From assembly GCA_963668025.2 (NCBI GenBank), contig CAXXTH010000010.1, forward strand, positions 1,184,001 to 1,248,000: a stretch of 64,000 nucleotides of DNA, read 5' to 3'. Made by a program: the position numbers and the translations under genes. This DNA comes from Candidatus Hydrogenedentota bacterium. Lineage in GTDB: Bacteria > Hydrogenedentota > Hydrogenedentia > Hydrogenedentales > SLHB01. This document shows positions 30,901 through 42,687 of the stretch, piece after piece; within the stretch, counting starts at the first letter, position 1; each line of letters starts with the position of its first letter. The notes under the pieces are model-generated. The model did no database searches. It was not told where the DNA came from and worked only from the letters and a program-made list of their open reading frames with translations.

Positions 30901-30929
30901 AGTCTAGCACACGCAAAAATACTTGTCAA
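30901..30929 (-). promoter_or_regulatory. Sigma-70 promoter
   Basis: Minus strand reads TTGACA-17 nt-TAGACT with an extended TG. Confidence 0.6.
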
Positions 30930-31137
30930 ACGTATCGTTAGCCCCGCCAGGTCATCTCTAGTGGCTGCTTATACGTTCATTCTCTTAGTCTTAATAGGTG
31001 AACCCTGGAAATCTGGACATAGGCGCGCCGGATTCAGTACGATTAAGGGGCATAGTGCAAGTGTTGCCTTGGGCAGCCTCGCGCCATCCATAACTGATTT
31101 CAAAACACGTCCCGCCTGGACGGATGAGGAGCTATTC

Positions 31138-31737
31138 ATGGGTAAGAAATGCATCGTTTGTATAACCGCGTGCGCTGTCGCGCTGTCTTTAGCCATCAGC
31201 GGTTGCAAAACATATGGCGAAGGCGCGGCTGCGGGCGCGGCCACGGGCGCATTGGCAGGCGGCATTATTGGCCATCAATCTGGCCATCGTGATCAAGGCG
31301 CGGTCATCGGTGCGGTCTTAGGCGGTTTGGGCGGCTTGATCGCACATGATGTGAAAGCGCGCAAAGTGAATGAAGCCGGCCCGGCTCCCGCGCCGCCTCA
31401 AACGCAGCAAGGCGAGTCATTGTATCTCTCGGATGCGCGGGTATTGCCCAGCATCATCCGCCCGGGCAATCGGGGGGAAGCGACGGTGCAATATACCGTG
31501 AGCGGCGCAGGCCCGAAAGGAGTGCAAATCCGCGAAGAACGCACCCTTCGCCATAACGGCGAATTGGTCGCTACGCTTTCCTCGCAAACATTCACGAGGA
31601 CAGATGGCACTTGGGTGAGCACGCAGCAATTCGATATACCAACCAGTTTCCAGCTAGGCGAATACACCATGGTGCAAACAATTGAAGCGCCCAATTCGCA
31701 GATCTCGGGGCAGTCGGCGTTTAATGTTATGGATTAA
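31138..31737 (+). CDS. Glycine-zipper lipoprotein
   Basis: ISGC lipobox; GAAAGAATGALAGGIIG glycine zipper; GAGGAG RBS. Confidence 0.8.
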   Translation: MGKKCIVCITACAVALSLAISGCKTYGEGAAAGAATGALAGGIIGHQSGHRDQGAVIGAVLGGLGGLIAHDVKARKVNEAGPAPAPPQTQQGESLYLSDARVLPSIIRPGNRGEATVQYTVSGAGPKGVQIREERTLRHNGELVATLSSQTFTRTDGTWVSTQQFDIPTSFQLGEYTMVQTIEAPNSQISGQSAFNVMD

Positions 31738-31797
31738 TGGGCAGTTGAATTGATGTGCGCGGATTTAGGCTATGCCCCCGGCGGGGAGTGGGAGGAT

Positions 31798-33558
31798 ATG
31801 ATGAGCCAAGTGAAGCGGATGAGCGTGGTGTTGCTTGCATGCGTAGGAGTGTTAGCTATTGCTTCGTGCAGCAAGCCGCCCGCGCAACGGGGAGGAGCTG
31901 GGGGTTCTTCGGCTACTGATACGGCCCCTCCTTCCGCTTTTTCGGCAGCCGCGCCCGGCGCATCCGTCGAGTCTTCTTCGGAGGCCATTCCAGCCGCTTC
32001 AACGGCAAGCGAAGGCCTGCCCGAGGAGGGCGACTGGCTGATTACCCGCTTGCCAGTCGAGCCAGCCCACTTGAATCCTCTACTGGATACCGGCGACGCC
32101 TATACGGCGCGCATGACGCAGCGGCTGTTTGAATCGCTGCTTACACGCAATAACGCCACGCTCGAGTTTGAGCCTATGCTGGCCGAGTCATATGAGATAT
32201 CGGACGATAAACTCACGTATACGTTTCATCTCCGCAAGGATGCGCGTTTCTCGGATGGCGCGCCGGTAACTTCCGCGGATGTGGTGTTTACCTATGAAGC
32301 CATCCAGAATCCAAAAAATGAAACCGCTGATATCCGCAACTATTACCAAGACGTGGTTAGCGTAGAATCGCCAGATGAATACACCGTGGCGTTTCATTGT
32401 GCGAAACCGTATTTTAAGCATCTTGAAATGCTGGGCGGCCTTCCCGTTTTTCCTAAGCATATTTATAGCCAAGGCGATTTTAATAAAGGCCCTAATAATC
32501 GCCTTCCCGTGGGCTCTGGCCCATATGTGTTTCAGGAATGGACCACAAACCAGCAGATTGTCTTTACGCGGAATGCTGGTTATTGGAACAAAGCGAAAAT
32601 GCCGCATTTGGACAAGTTAGTTTTTAAAATTATTACGGATGACAACGCGGCGTTCCAGGTGCTTCAGAGGCAAGAGCTAGGCATCATGAGCTTGACTCCG
32701 GAACAATGGATCAACCAAGCCGATACTCCCGATTTTAAGGTGAAATTCGACAAATACAAAGCCTGGGGAAGTGCTGGCTATGTAGGCGGATATAGTTTCA
32801 TTGCCTGGAATCTGCGCAAACCACAGTTTCAAGATAAAATGGTGCGGCGCGCACTCACAATGCTGCTCAACCGCCAGCTTATACTCGACACGATTTATTA
32901 TAGCCTGGGCAAAGTTGTTTCGGGCGGCGCATGGTCGGAAAGCTCAGAGTATGACAAGAGTATTGAGCCATGGCCCTTTGAGCCAGAAAGCGCCAAGAAA
33001 CTGTTGGATGAGGCGGGCTGGACCGATTCGAATCACGATGGAATTCGAGATAAAGATGGCATTCCTTTCACCTTCGAGTTCATGATGGCTTCGGGCAACC
33101 GCGAAGTGGAACAAATGGCGACGGTCTTCAAGGAAGAACTCGAACGGGCGGGAATCAACATGACCATCCGCCAGCTCGAATGGGCCACCTTTATCGAGAA
33201 CCTTACCCAGCGTAAATTTGACGCCATCACCCTTTCGTGGGCCATTCCGCTGGATCAAGATCCTTATCAAGTGTGGCATTCCTCCCAGGCCGAAAAAGGC
33301 TCAAATTATCCTGGATTCGCAAATGCTGAGGTGGATAAGATTCTTGAGGAGGCGCGTGTCACCTTTGACCGGGAACAGCGCAACGCTTTGTATCGCCGGT
33401 GGCACCAGATCCTCCATGAAGAACAGCCATATACATTTCTCTTCAATAGATATAACTTGTCCGCCGTCGATAAGCGCTACAAGAACGTGCGACTGTATCC
33501 GCAAGGTTTTGACGACACGGAATGGTGGGTTCCTAAAAACTTGCAGCGATATAAGTAG
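31798..33558 (+). CDS. Peptide ABC transporter substrate-binding lipoprotein (family 5)
   Basis: IASC lipobox; LRKDARFSDGAPVTSADV, PVGSGPY, VRRAL. Confidence 0.9.
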   Translation: MMSQVKRMSVVLLACVGVLAIASCSKPPAQRGGAGGSSATDTAPPSAFSAAAPGASVESSSEAIPAASTASEGLPEEGDWLITRLPVEPAHLNPLLDTGDAYTARMTQRLFESLLTRNNATLEFEPMLAESYEISDDKLTYTFHLRKDARFSDGAPVTSADVVFTYEAIQNPKNETADIRNYYQDVVSVESPDEYTVAFHCAKPYFKHLEMLGGLPVFPKHIYSQGDFNKGPNNRLPVGSGPYVFQEWTTNQQIVFTRNAGYWNKAKMPHLDKLVFKIITDDNAAFQVLQRQELGIMSLTPEQWINQADTPDFKVKFDKYKAWGSAGYVGGYSFIAWNLRKPQFQDKMVRRALTMLLNRQLILDTIYYSLGKVVSGGAWSESSEYDKSIEPWPFEPESAKKLLDEAGWTDSNHDGIRDKDGIPFTFEFMMASGNREVEQMATVFKEELERAGINMTIRQLEWATFIENLTQRKFDAITLSWAIPLDQDPYQVWHSSQAEKGSNYPGFANAEVDKILEEARVTFDREQRNALYRRWHQILHEEQPYTFLFNRYNLSAVDKRYKNVRLYPQGFDDTEWWVPKNLQRYK

Positions 33559-33594
33559 GCTCAGGGGCGGGTGCGGCCATGGAGTAAGGCGGAC

Positions 33595-34590
33595 GTGAAG
33601 GCGTATCTGATCCGGAGATTTCTGCTGGTGTTCCCCACTTTATTGGGGATTAGCTTGATTTCGTTCTGCATCATCCAACTCGCGCCGGGGAATCCCGTCA
33701 TGCTGCGGTTGCAAAAGATGCAGGGAGCCTTGGCGTCGAATTCCGTACCCGATGAGGTAATCGAACGCACGAAGGCGCTTTATGGCCTTGACAAGCCGCT
33801 CCCCGTCCAATATATCCGATGGCTCAAGCGAATGGCGACATTCGATTTCGGCACATCATATAAAGACAACAGGCCGGTATTGACTAAAATTGCCGAGACG
33901 CTCCCCATCACGCTCCAGCTCAACATCATCTCAATATTTTTGGTCTATGTGATATCCGTGCCTTTGGGGGTGTTTTCCGCCACGCGCGTCCATTCCTGGA
34001 CTGACGCCGTCCTGACTTTTTTCCTCTTTTTGTTATATAGCCTGCCCAGTTTTTGGGTAGCTATGCTGCTCATGTATTTTTTGGGTGGGGGCCAGTATTG
34101 GAATTGGTTTCCCATTTATGGCCTTAATTCAGTTGGAGCGGAGCAAATGTCCTGGCCCGCATGGCTTGCCGACCGTGCATGGCACTTGGTCTTGCCGGTG
34201 TTTTGCTTGTCTTATGGCGGGCTGGCGGGCATATCGAGGTTCGCCCGGTCGGGCATGGCGGATATTATCCGGCAAGACTACATCCGCACGGCGCGGGCCT
34301 ATGGCTTTTCGAACGGGCAGGTGTATTTCAAGTATGCGCTGCGCAATTCTCTCATTCCTATTATCACACTGCTGGGCACGCTTCTGCCAGAGCTTCTTGG
34401 CGGCAGCTTTATTATTGAAAGCATCTTCTCCATCCCAGGTATGGGCCGCCTTGGCTTCGAGGCCATCCTCTCGCGGGATTATCCGCTGATCATGGGCATC
34501 CTTACCATTTCGGCCTTGCTGACGCTAGTAGGCCTTATCGTCTCAGACATTTTATACGCCCTCACCGATCCGAGGATTCGATTAGAATGA
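33595..34590 (+). CDS. Peptide ABC transporter permease (OppB/DppB-like)
   Basis: YGLDKPLPVQY, DYIRTARAYG, ESIFSIPGMG. Confidence 0.9.
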   Translation: MKAYLIRRFLLVFPTLLGISLISFCIIQLAPGNPVMLRLQKMQGALASNSVPDEVIERTKALYGLDKPLPVQYIRWLKRMATFDFGTSYKDNRPVLTKIAETLPITLQLNIISIFLVYVISVPLGVFSATRVHSWTDAVLTFFLFLLYSLPSFWVAMLLMYFLGGGQYWNWFPIYGLNSVGAEQMSWPAWLADRAWHLVLPVFCLSYGGLAGISRFARSGMADIIRQDYIRTARAYGFSNGQVYFKYALRNSLIPIITLLGTLLPELLGGSFIIESIFSIPGMGRLGFEAILSRDYPLIMGILTISALLTLVGLIVSDILYALTDPRIRLE

Positions 34591-35615
34591 GTGAAGTACA
34601 ATCGGAACAGGCCAGCGCGGCCAGCAGCAAAAAGCAAGGCTATTGGCGCATTGTGTGGTGGCAGTTTTTCCGCCATAAGCTGTCCGTCGCGTCCCTGGTA
34701 TTTCTGCTGGGCCTGCTTGCCGTGGCCATTACAGCCCCCTTTCTCGCTGGAGAAAAGCCCATCTACATGATGAAAGACGGCCAGCGGTATATGCTGCCTA
34801 ACATAATTGCGTATCGCGATCTCGTCAGTTTCGATTTCGTCCAATGGATCCCCGCCGCGCCGGACTCCGCCATCTATCCGCCTGTTCCGTATGCGCCTGA
34901 GCGTTCCGATTTGCTGCATCGCATTGCCGCGCCCAGCAAGGAGCATTGGCTGGGTACGGATGATCGCGGGCGCGATGTGTTGAGCCGGATGATCTGGGGA
35001 ACGCGCATATCGATCTCGGTCGGATTCATCGCCACCGGCATATCGGTGATCATTGGCCTCATCCTCGGCGCTCTCGCTGGGTATTACGGCGGCTGGATCG
35101 ACGCCCTGATCTTGCGCCTCATCGAGGTCATGCTCACCATCCCTGCATTCATCCTGATCCTGGCTATCATCGCGTTTCTACCGCCCAGCATCTACAACAT
35201 CATGGCCGCCCTGGGCATTGTCGGATGGACGGGCATCGCACGGCTCGTGCGTGGCGAGTTTTTACGTCTGCGTGACAGCGAATTCGCCACCGCCGCCCGC
35301 GCCAGCGGACTGCGGGATGCGCGGATCATCTTCCGGCATCTCCTGCCCAATGCCCTTTCTCCCGTTTGGGTGAGCGCTACGTTTGGCGTGGCGGGCGCGA
35401 TTTTGACGGAGAGCGCCCTGAGCTTTCTCGGGTTCGGCGTGCCGCCGCCCACGGCAAGCTGGGGCGAACTCTTGTCGCAATCGAAAGATTACTTATACCG
35501 GGGCGCATGGTGGCTGGTGACGTATCCCGGGGTGGCCATCTTCATGACCGTGACGGCCTTCAATCTCGTGGGCGAAGGCCTCCGCGACGCCATGGACCCG
35601 CGCCTGCGGCAGTAA
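34587..35615 (+). CDS. Peptide ABC transporter permease (OppC/DppC-like)
   Basis: HWLGTDDRGRDVLSR, ESALSFLGFG, GEGLRDAMDP. Confidence 0.9.
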   Translation: MSEVQSEQASAASSKKQGYWRIVWWQFFRHKLSVASLVFLLGLLAVAITAPFLAGEKPIYMMKDGQRYMLPNIIAYRDLVSFDFVQWIPAAPDSAIYPPVPYAPERSDLLHRIAAPSKEHWLGTDDRGRDVLSRMIWGTRISISVGFIATGISVIIGLILGALAGYYGGWIDALILRLIEVMLTIPAFILILAIIAFLPPSIYNIMAALGIVGWTGIARLVRGEFLRLRDSEFATAARASGLRDARIIFRHLLPNALSPVWVSATFGVAGAILTESALSFLGFGVPPPTASWGELLSQSKDYLYRGAWWLVTYPGVAIFMTVTAFNLVGEGLRDAMDPRLRQ

Positions 35616-35628
35616 CGGGAGATACCTC

Positions 35629-36006
35629 ATGGAGTATGGCGCGATAACGGGAACGATTCTGGAGGCGGCGTTCGAGGTCAGCAATGAACTCGGAGCGGGT
35701 TTCGTCGAATCCGTCTATCAACATGCGCTGGAAATGGCCATACAGGCAAAAGGCCTGCAATGCAGAGCGGAAGCGCCGATTAGCGTCTATTTCCGGGGTG
35801 TGTCCGTCGGACAGTTCTACGCCGACCTCGTGGTCGAGGACGTTGTGCTAGTGGAGCTCAAAGCGGTTAAAAGCTTGCTGCCAGAACATGATGCACAGAC
35901 CATCAATTACTTGAAGGCGTCCGGCATAACCGTGGGATTGCTCATCAACTTCGGCACGGCAAGGATTGAATACCACCGGCTGTACGGAAAACCAAAACAG
36001 GGATAG
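35629..36006 (+). CDS. GxxExxY protein (PD-(D/E)XK nuclease-like)
   Basis: LGAGFVESVYQ signature, ADLVVE...VELKAV, Q..NYLKA...GLLINFG. Confidence 0.92.
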   Translation: MEYGAITGTILEAAFEVSNELGAGFVESVYQHALEMAIQAKGLQCRAEAPISVYFRGVSVGQFYADLVVEDVVLVELKAVKSLLPEHDAQTINYLKASGITVGLLINFGTARIEYHRLYGKPKQG

Positions 36007-36527
36007 CACATTTTAACAAGGATAGGCAGGATGTACAGGATGGATATGGGGAGACGGTAGTTGCTCGGTGCTTGCTGACGGATAGTTCCAGAGACCGTTG
36101 ATGGAATTTGATGTCATGAAAAAGCTGCTTCAAAGAGCCCAAATACGCCGAAATATATTCATATTTTTGGAGACAAAACGTTATATGTTCCTGATTCCAT
36201 ATCCTGTGCATCTTGTACATCCTTGTTAGAAAAGGGTTTGTTGCCATGGACAATGTGTTGCGTGTCAAGAATCCAAAACAGGGATAAGATATTTGAACAA
36301 GGATGGGCAGGATTTACAGGATGGATATGGGGAGACGGTAGTTGCTCGGTGCTTGCTGACGGATAGTTCCAGAGACCGTTGATGGAATTTGATGTCATGA
36401 AAAAGCTGCTTCAAAGAGCCCAAAATACGCCGAAATATATCCATATGTTTGGAGATAAAACGTTATATATTTCCGATTTCCTATCCTGTGTATCCTGTAC
36501 ATCTTTGTTAGAAAAGAGTTTGTTGCC

Positions 36528-36554
<27 letters not shown>
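35992..36554 (+). repeat. Imperfect tandem duplication of about 281 bp; each unit holds a 28-bp inverted repeat
   Basis: Units 35992-36272 and 36273-36554; unit 1 arms are TAACAAGGATAGGCAGGATGTACAGGAT (36014-36041) and ATCCTGTGCATCTTGTACATCCTTGTTA (36201-36228). Confidence 0.92.
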
Positions 36555-38596
<2,042 letters not shown>

Positions 38597-38688
38597 ACCT
38601 AACAAAATTGGCTTCTTCTTGGCGATTTCCTTATATTATTGATTAGGTTTGGAGAAAATGCATGCTCCTAAAACGGAAGGAGATTCAT

Positions 38689-38994
38689 ATGAAGTGTAAA
38701 TGCGGGTTTGATTATGTAAAAGATCGCATGTCTGGGGCTCCGTGTTGTACTGAACGATACATGGTGCTTAGGGATGATGAATACACTGATTTTTTAAGAA
38801 AAGAATACTTAATAACTAAAACACGCGGTGGACGGAAAAGAAGCAAGAGTATATCTATATCATCCAGTTATATAGGATATATTTATATTTGCCCTATATG
38901 TAAGTTGGCGCAGGTTTATTTACCTCACACTGATCATAAGTACTTTTGTCAACTCGAAGAGATACCCTCACAGTGCCCTAGAATTACGAGCTAA
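38689..38994 (+). CDS. Small AT-rich Cys-rich hypothetical protein (possible zinc-binding)
   Basis: AAGGAG RBS; N-terminal CKCG and C-terminal CPIC. Confidence 0.55.
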   Translation: MKCKCGFDYVKDRMSGAPCCTERYMVLRDDEYTDFLRKEYLITKTRGGRKRSKSISISSSYIGYIYICPICKLAQVYLPHTDHKYFCQLEEIPSQCPRITS

Positions 38995-39282
38995 GAGTAA
39001 CGAGCATTAGTTTGCGTTGTTATTGAAAGACTTCATAAAGAGTTAGGTATCCGAGGTCCTTTCTAAGCTTATTGTCTATAAGGTGGACGATGAAATCGAG
39101 CTACTGCTGAGTGAGATGGGCGAATGACGTGCCTTTTGGCAAAAATCGCCGGATGAGCCCGTTGGTCTCGATAGATAATGAAATCGTTCAACCAATTCAG
39201 GTAGTATCTCTGAAGCTGGCATAGTGCGCGCTGTGCCAGGTATTTGGTGAGTTTCGTGCTCAACAAGACTGATCTTCGAGCG

Positions 39283-40596
39283 ATGCATAACAAAAGCCTA
39301 CTTGCGTTATTCCTGTTCGTGGGCGGTTCTGTCGCCCTCATAGGCTGCACGGACTCGTTCACCGGTGCGGATGGCCGGGCCACCATCAAATTCTCGTCGT
39401 GGGGCGCGACGCAGGATCAAATCGTCTACGATGAGATGTTCCGGCGTTTTGAACGGGCCAATCCGGACATCCGCCTCTCGTTGATGTTTATCCCGTTTAA
39501 TAATTACTTCACCAAGCTGCAATTGCTGATCGTTGGCGGCGTGGCGCCTGATACCGTTACCGTATCCCAAGACATGATGTACCAGCTCTGCTTGAATGGG
39601 CATCTGGTTGATCTGGAGCCGTTTATCGCCGAAGAACGCAAACGGGATCCCACTTTCTTGACGGAGCAGGCCTATACGATAGACGTGCTCAAGCCGAGTT
39701 GCAGCTTCAATGGCCACATGTACTATATCCCTATAGGCCCCATGGCGCGGCATGTTTATTTTAATAAGGATCTCTTTGATGCGGCGGGTGTGCCGTATCC
39801 CCAGGAAGGCTGGACCTGGAATGATCTTCTCGATGCAGCCCAGCGATTGACGCTCCGGGATGAATCCGGGCGCACCACGCAATGGGGATTCCTTTGCGCA
39901 AGCTGGATCGATTTCTGGCGATTGTTCATCCTGCAAAATGGGGGGGAGGTTTTCGACGATTGGGCCCATCCCACGCGTTGTACGCTGGATTCACCGGAAG
40001 CTATCGAGGCGCTAACATTTGTGCAGGATCTCATTTACAAGTATAAGGTCTCGCCGAATCCGATCCAGGCGGCGCAGACGGTCAATACGGATTTCATGAC
40101 GGGCCGCCTGGCCATGACTATTCATGGCACATGGATGATCGAGCAATATCGTACGATCAAATCGTTCCATTGGGACATGGCTCCGTTGCCCATACAAAAA
40201 TACTACGCCAACCTCGCGGGCGCGGATGGATATGGCATGACGGCCCAGTGCAAAGATCCGGCAAAGGCGTGGCGATTCCTTCGCAACTTCCTGACGGAAG
40301 ACACGCAGAACCTTATGAGCACGGACTGCTCGCTATGGCAGCCTATCTTGCGAAAATCGGCGGAAGACGGCCATATGGACCACATCCCAGGCGTACCGGA
40401 GCATCACAACCTTCGGTTCTCGGAATTGTCCCGCGCGACCCCCATCACGCCGCTGCATCATCCTCAAGCCCGGCGCATTTTATATACGATTGATCAGGAA
40501 ATGGAGCCGTTGTTCCAGGGCAAGGAGGAACCAAGCACATGCCTGCCCCGTGTCGCGGCGAAAATCAACGCCATGCTTCAGGAAGGAGGTGAATAG
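39283..40596 (+). CDS. Sugar ABC transporter substrate-binding lipoprotein
   Basis: LIGC lipobox; YFNKDLFDAAGV..P...WTW; F.TGRLAM. Confidence 0.88.
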   Translation: MHNKSLLALFLFVGGSVALIGCTDSFTGADGRATIKFSSWGATQDQIVYDEMFRRFERANPDIRLSLMFIPFNNYFTKLQLLIVGGVAPDTVTVSQDMMYQLCLNGHLVDLEPFIAEERKRDPTFLTEQAYTIDVLKPSCSFNGHMYYIPIGPMARHVYFNKDLFDAAGVPYPQEGWTWNDLLDAAQRLTLRDESGRTTQWGFLCASWIDFWRLFILQNGGEVFDDWAHPTRCTLDSPEAIEALTFVQDLIYKYKVSPNPIQAAQTVNTDFMTGRLAMTIHGTWMIEQYRTIKSFHWDMAPLPIQKYYANLAGADGYGMTAQCKDPAKAWRFLRNFLTEDTQNLMSTDCSLWQPILRKSAEDGHMDHIPGVPEHHNLRFSELSRATPITPLHHPQARRILYTIDQEMEPLFQGKEEPSTCLPRVAAKINAMLQEGGE

Positions 40597-40615
40597 CCAT
40601 GCAAGGAATGGCCTC

Positions 40616-41515
40616 ATGAGGAAGCCCCATCAGAGAGAGATATCGAGGCAAGAAAACCTGGCGGGCTATCTTTTCGTGATGCCGTGGTTCTTAGGCATGC
40701 TCCTGTTTGTGGCCGGACCTGTCGCCGTGTCGTTCGTGCTCAGCATGACGGACTGGAATATCCTGTCCAAACCGTCATGGATCGGCCTGGAAAATTATCA
40801 CAAACTCTTTTCCGACGACCCCCTCTTCTACACTTCGTTGCGTGTCACCTTAATCTATACGCTGGGAGCGGTTCCGCTGGGCATCGCCGCGGCGCTGGGG
40901 CTGGCCTTGCTGCTGAACCAGCCCATCCGTGGCTTGGGGCTGTTCCGCTCCGTCTTCTTTTTACCGAGCATCTTGTCCGGCGTAGCCGTGGCGATGCTGT
41001 GGCAATGGCTTTTCAATGTGGACTTTGGGGTGTTTAATTCTTGCTTGCGCATGCTGCATCTGCCCGAGCTGGGCTGGCTGGGCAGCGAAACGTGGGCGCT
41101 GCCGTCGCTGATCCTCATGAGCCTGTGGGGCGTGGGCGGCTCGGCCATCATCTACCTCGCGGGGCTCCAAAATATCCCCACGCAATTATATGAATCCGCC
41201 GCCATTGACGGAGCAAGCGAATGGAAACAATTCCGCCATATCACCATTCCCATGCTTTCGCCTCTTTTATTCCTGACCCTGGTGATGGGGATCATTGGTT
41301 CGTTCCAGGTTTTTACGCAGGCCTATGTCATGACGGGCGGAGGCCCGAACCATGCGACGGAGTTTTATGCCTTGTACCTGTACCGGCAGGCCATTGAATA
41401 TCTCAATATGGGTTATGCATCCGCCATGGCGTGGATATTGCTCGCCATCGTACTCGTGCTGACGATCATTCAATTCAGCATATCGCGCTACTGGGTGTAT
41501 TACGAGGAGGAGTAA
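40616..41515 (+). CDS. Sugar ABC transporter permease
   Basis: LYESAAIDGA EAA loop; transmembrane segments. Confidence 0.9.
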   Translation: MRKPHQREISRQENLAGYLFVMPWFLGMLLFVAGPVAVSFVLSMTDWNILSKPSWIGLENYHKLFSDDPLFYTSLRVTLIYTLGAVPLGIAAALGLALLLNQPIRGLGLFRSVFFLPSILSGVAVAMLWQWLFNVDFGVFNSCLRMLHLPELGWLGSETWALPSLILMSLWGVGGSAIIYLAGLQNIPTQLYESAAIDGASEWKQFRHITIPMLSPLLFLTLVMGIIGSFQVFTQAYVMTGGGPNHATEFYALYLYRQAIEYLNMGYASAMAWILLAIVLVLTIIQFSISRYWVYYEEE

Positions 41516-42366
41516 TGATGCCGGAGTCCGCACGGGCGCAACTGCGTTTGAAGCTTGCAGCCGTATACGCCGCTTTGGCGGCGGGTTCGGTGCTCGTGCT
41601 GTTTCCGTTATATTGGATGGCGGCCACATCGCTGAAAGATCCCGGCAATATCTACCTCGCTCCTCCCCAATGGATTCCTAATCCCTTCCGCTGGGCGAAC
41701 TACAGCGAGATTTTCACGCTGTGGCCGTTCACGCGCTATCTCTGGAATTCGACGTTTGTCACCATGATGAATATCATCGGCGCAGTGCTTTCGTCTTCGC
41801 TGGTGGCTTATGGCTTCGCCCGCCTGCGGTGGAAATACCGTGATTTCTTCTTCATGGTGTGCCTGGGCACCATGATGCTGCCGAGCCAGGTCACGCTCGC
41901 CCCGACATTCATATTATTCGTCAAACTGGGCTGGCTGGATTCTTTTTATCCGCTGATCGTGCCCGCGTTTTTCTCGCAGGCGTTTAACGTTTTCCTGCTC
42001 CGCCAATTCTTCCGCACCATTCCCAGGGCGCTCGAGGACGCGGCGCGCATCGATGGATGCGGCTACTTCCGCACCTATTGGCAAATCATCCTGCCCTTGG
42101 CCAAACCCGCCCTGCTCACCGTAACCTTGTTCACGTTCATCGGGGTCTGGAATGACTTCATGGGCCCGCTCATCTATTTATCGTCTGACGACAAACGGAC
42201 CCTTGCGCTGGCGTTGTCATTCTTCTCGCAAACCTTTTTCGCGGGCGTACACACCCACCACTTGATGGCCGCCTCCTTGATGGTCATGCTGCCCTGCATC
42301 ATCCTATTCGCCGTCTTCCAGCGTTACTTCATTCAAGGGATGGTGTTTTCCGGATTGAAGGAATAG
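41515..42366 (+). CDS. Sugar ABC transporter permease
   Basis: LEDAARIDG EAA loop; WNDFMGPLI. Confidence 0.9.
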   Translation: MMPESARAQLRLKLAAVYAALAAGSVLVLFPLYWMAATSLKDPGNIYLAPPQWIPNPFRWANYSEIFTLWPFTRYLWNSTFVTMMNIIGAVLSSSLVAYGFARLRWKYRDFFFMVCLGTMMLPSQVTLAPTFILFVKLGWLDSFYPLIVPAFFSQAFNVFLLRQFFRTIPRALEDAARIDGCGYFRTYWQIILPLAKPALLTVTLFTFIGVWNDFMGPLIYLSSDDKRTLALALSFFSQTFFAGVHTHHLMAASLMVMLPCIILFAVFQRYFIQGMVFSGLKE

Positions 42367-42411
42367 GGATTTTCAACGAAGGATGAAGGGCAAAGCAATG
42401 GGATCGGATCT

Positions 42412-42623
42412 TTTCACCACAGAGACACAGAGGACCACAGAGAAAGAGTTTATCTTGTTAAGACGACCGGACGAAAGAACAGCACATGGTCCCTATTTAT
42501 AGTGACAATTCGGTCAGCCAGATGGCTTGCGTGAATGCCAACGGGCTCAGGTTTACTTTTTCCAGCAAATCCCGCGCCTCACCATTCGTCCTCTCTGTGG
42601 TTCTCTGTGTCTCTGTGGTGAAA
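42412..42623. repeat. 32-bp inverted repeat element (three CACAGAG units per arm) around a 148-bp spacer
   Basis: TTTCACCACAGAGACACAGAGGACCACAGAGA ... TCTCTGTGGTTCTCTGTGTCTCTGTGGTGAAA, one mismatch. Confidence 0.9.
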
Positions 42624-42687
42624 TGATAGGGGTTTGTGTCATCGCGAGTGGCGCGCTATGTGTTGAGAGGAATAGGAGAGCTGGGGT

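Noticed and set aside
38597-39048. Integron attC-like sites around the AT-rich orphan (ACCTAAC...ATTAGGT; GAGTAAC...GTTAGGT)
   Set aside because: Core sites match only partly, there is no convincing internal L-box pairing, and no integron integrase is in the window. IntegronFinder would settle it.
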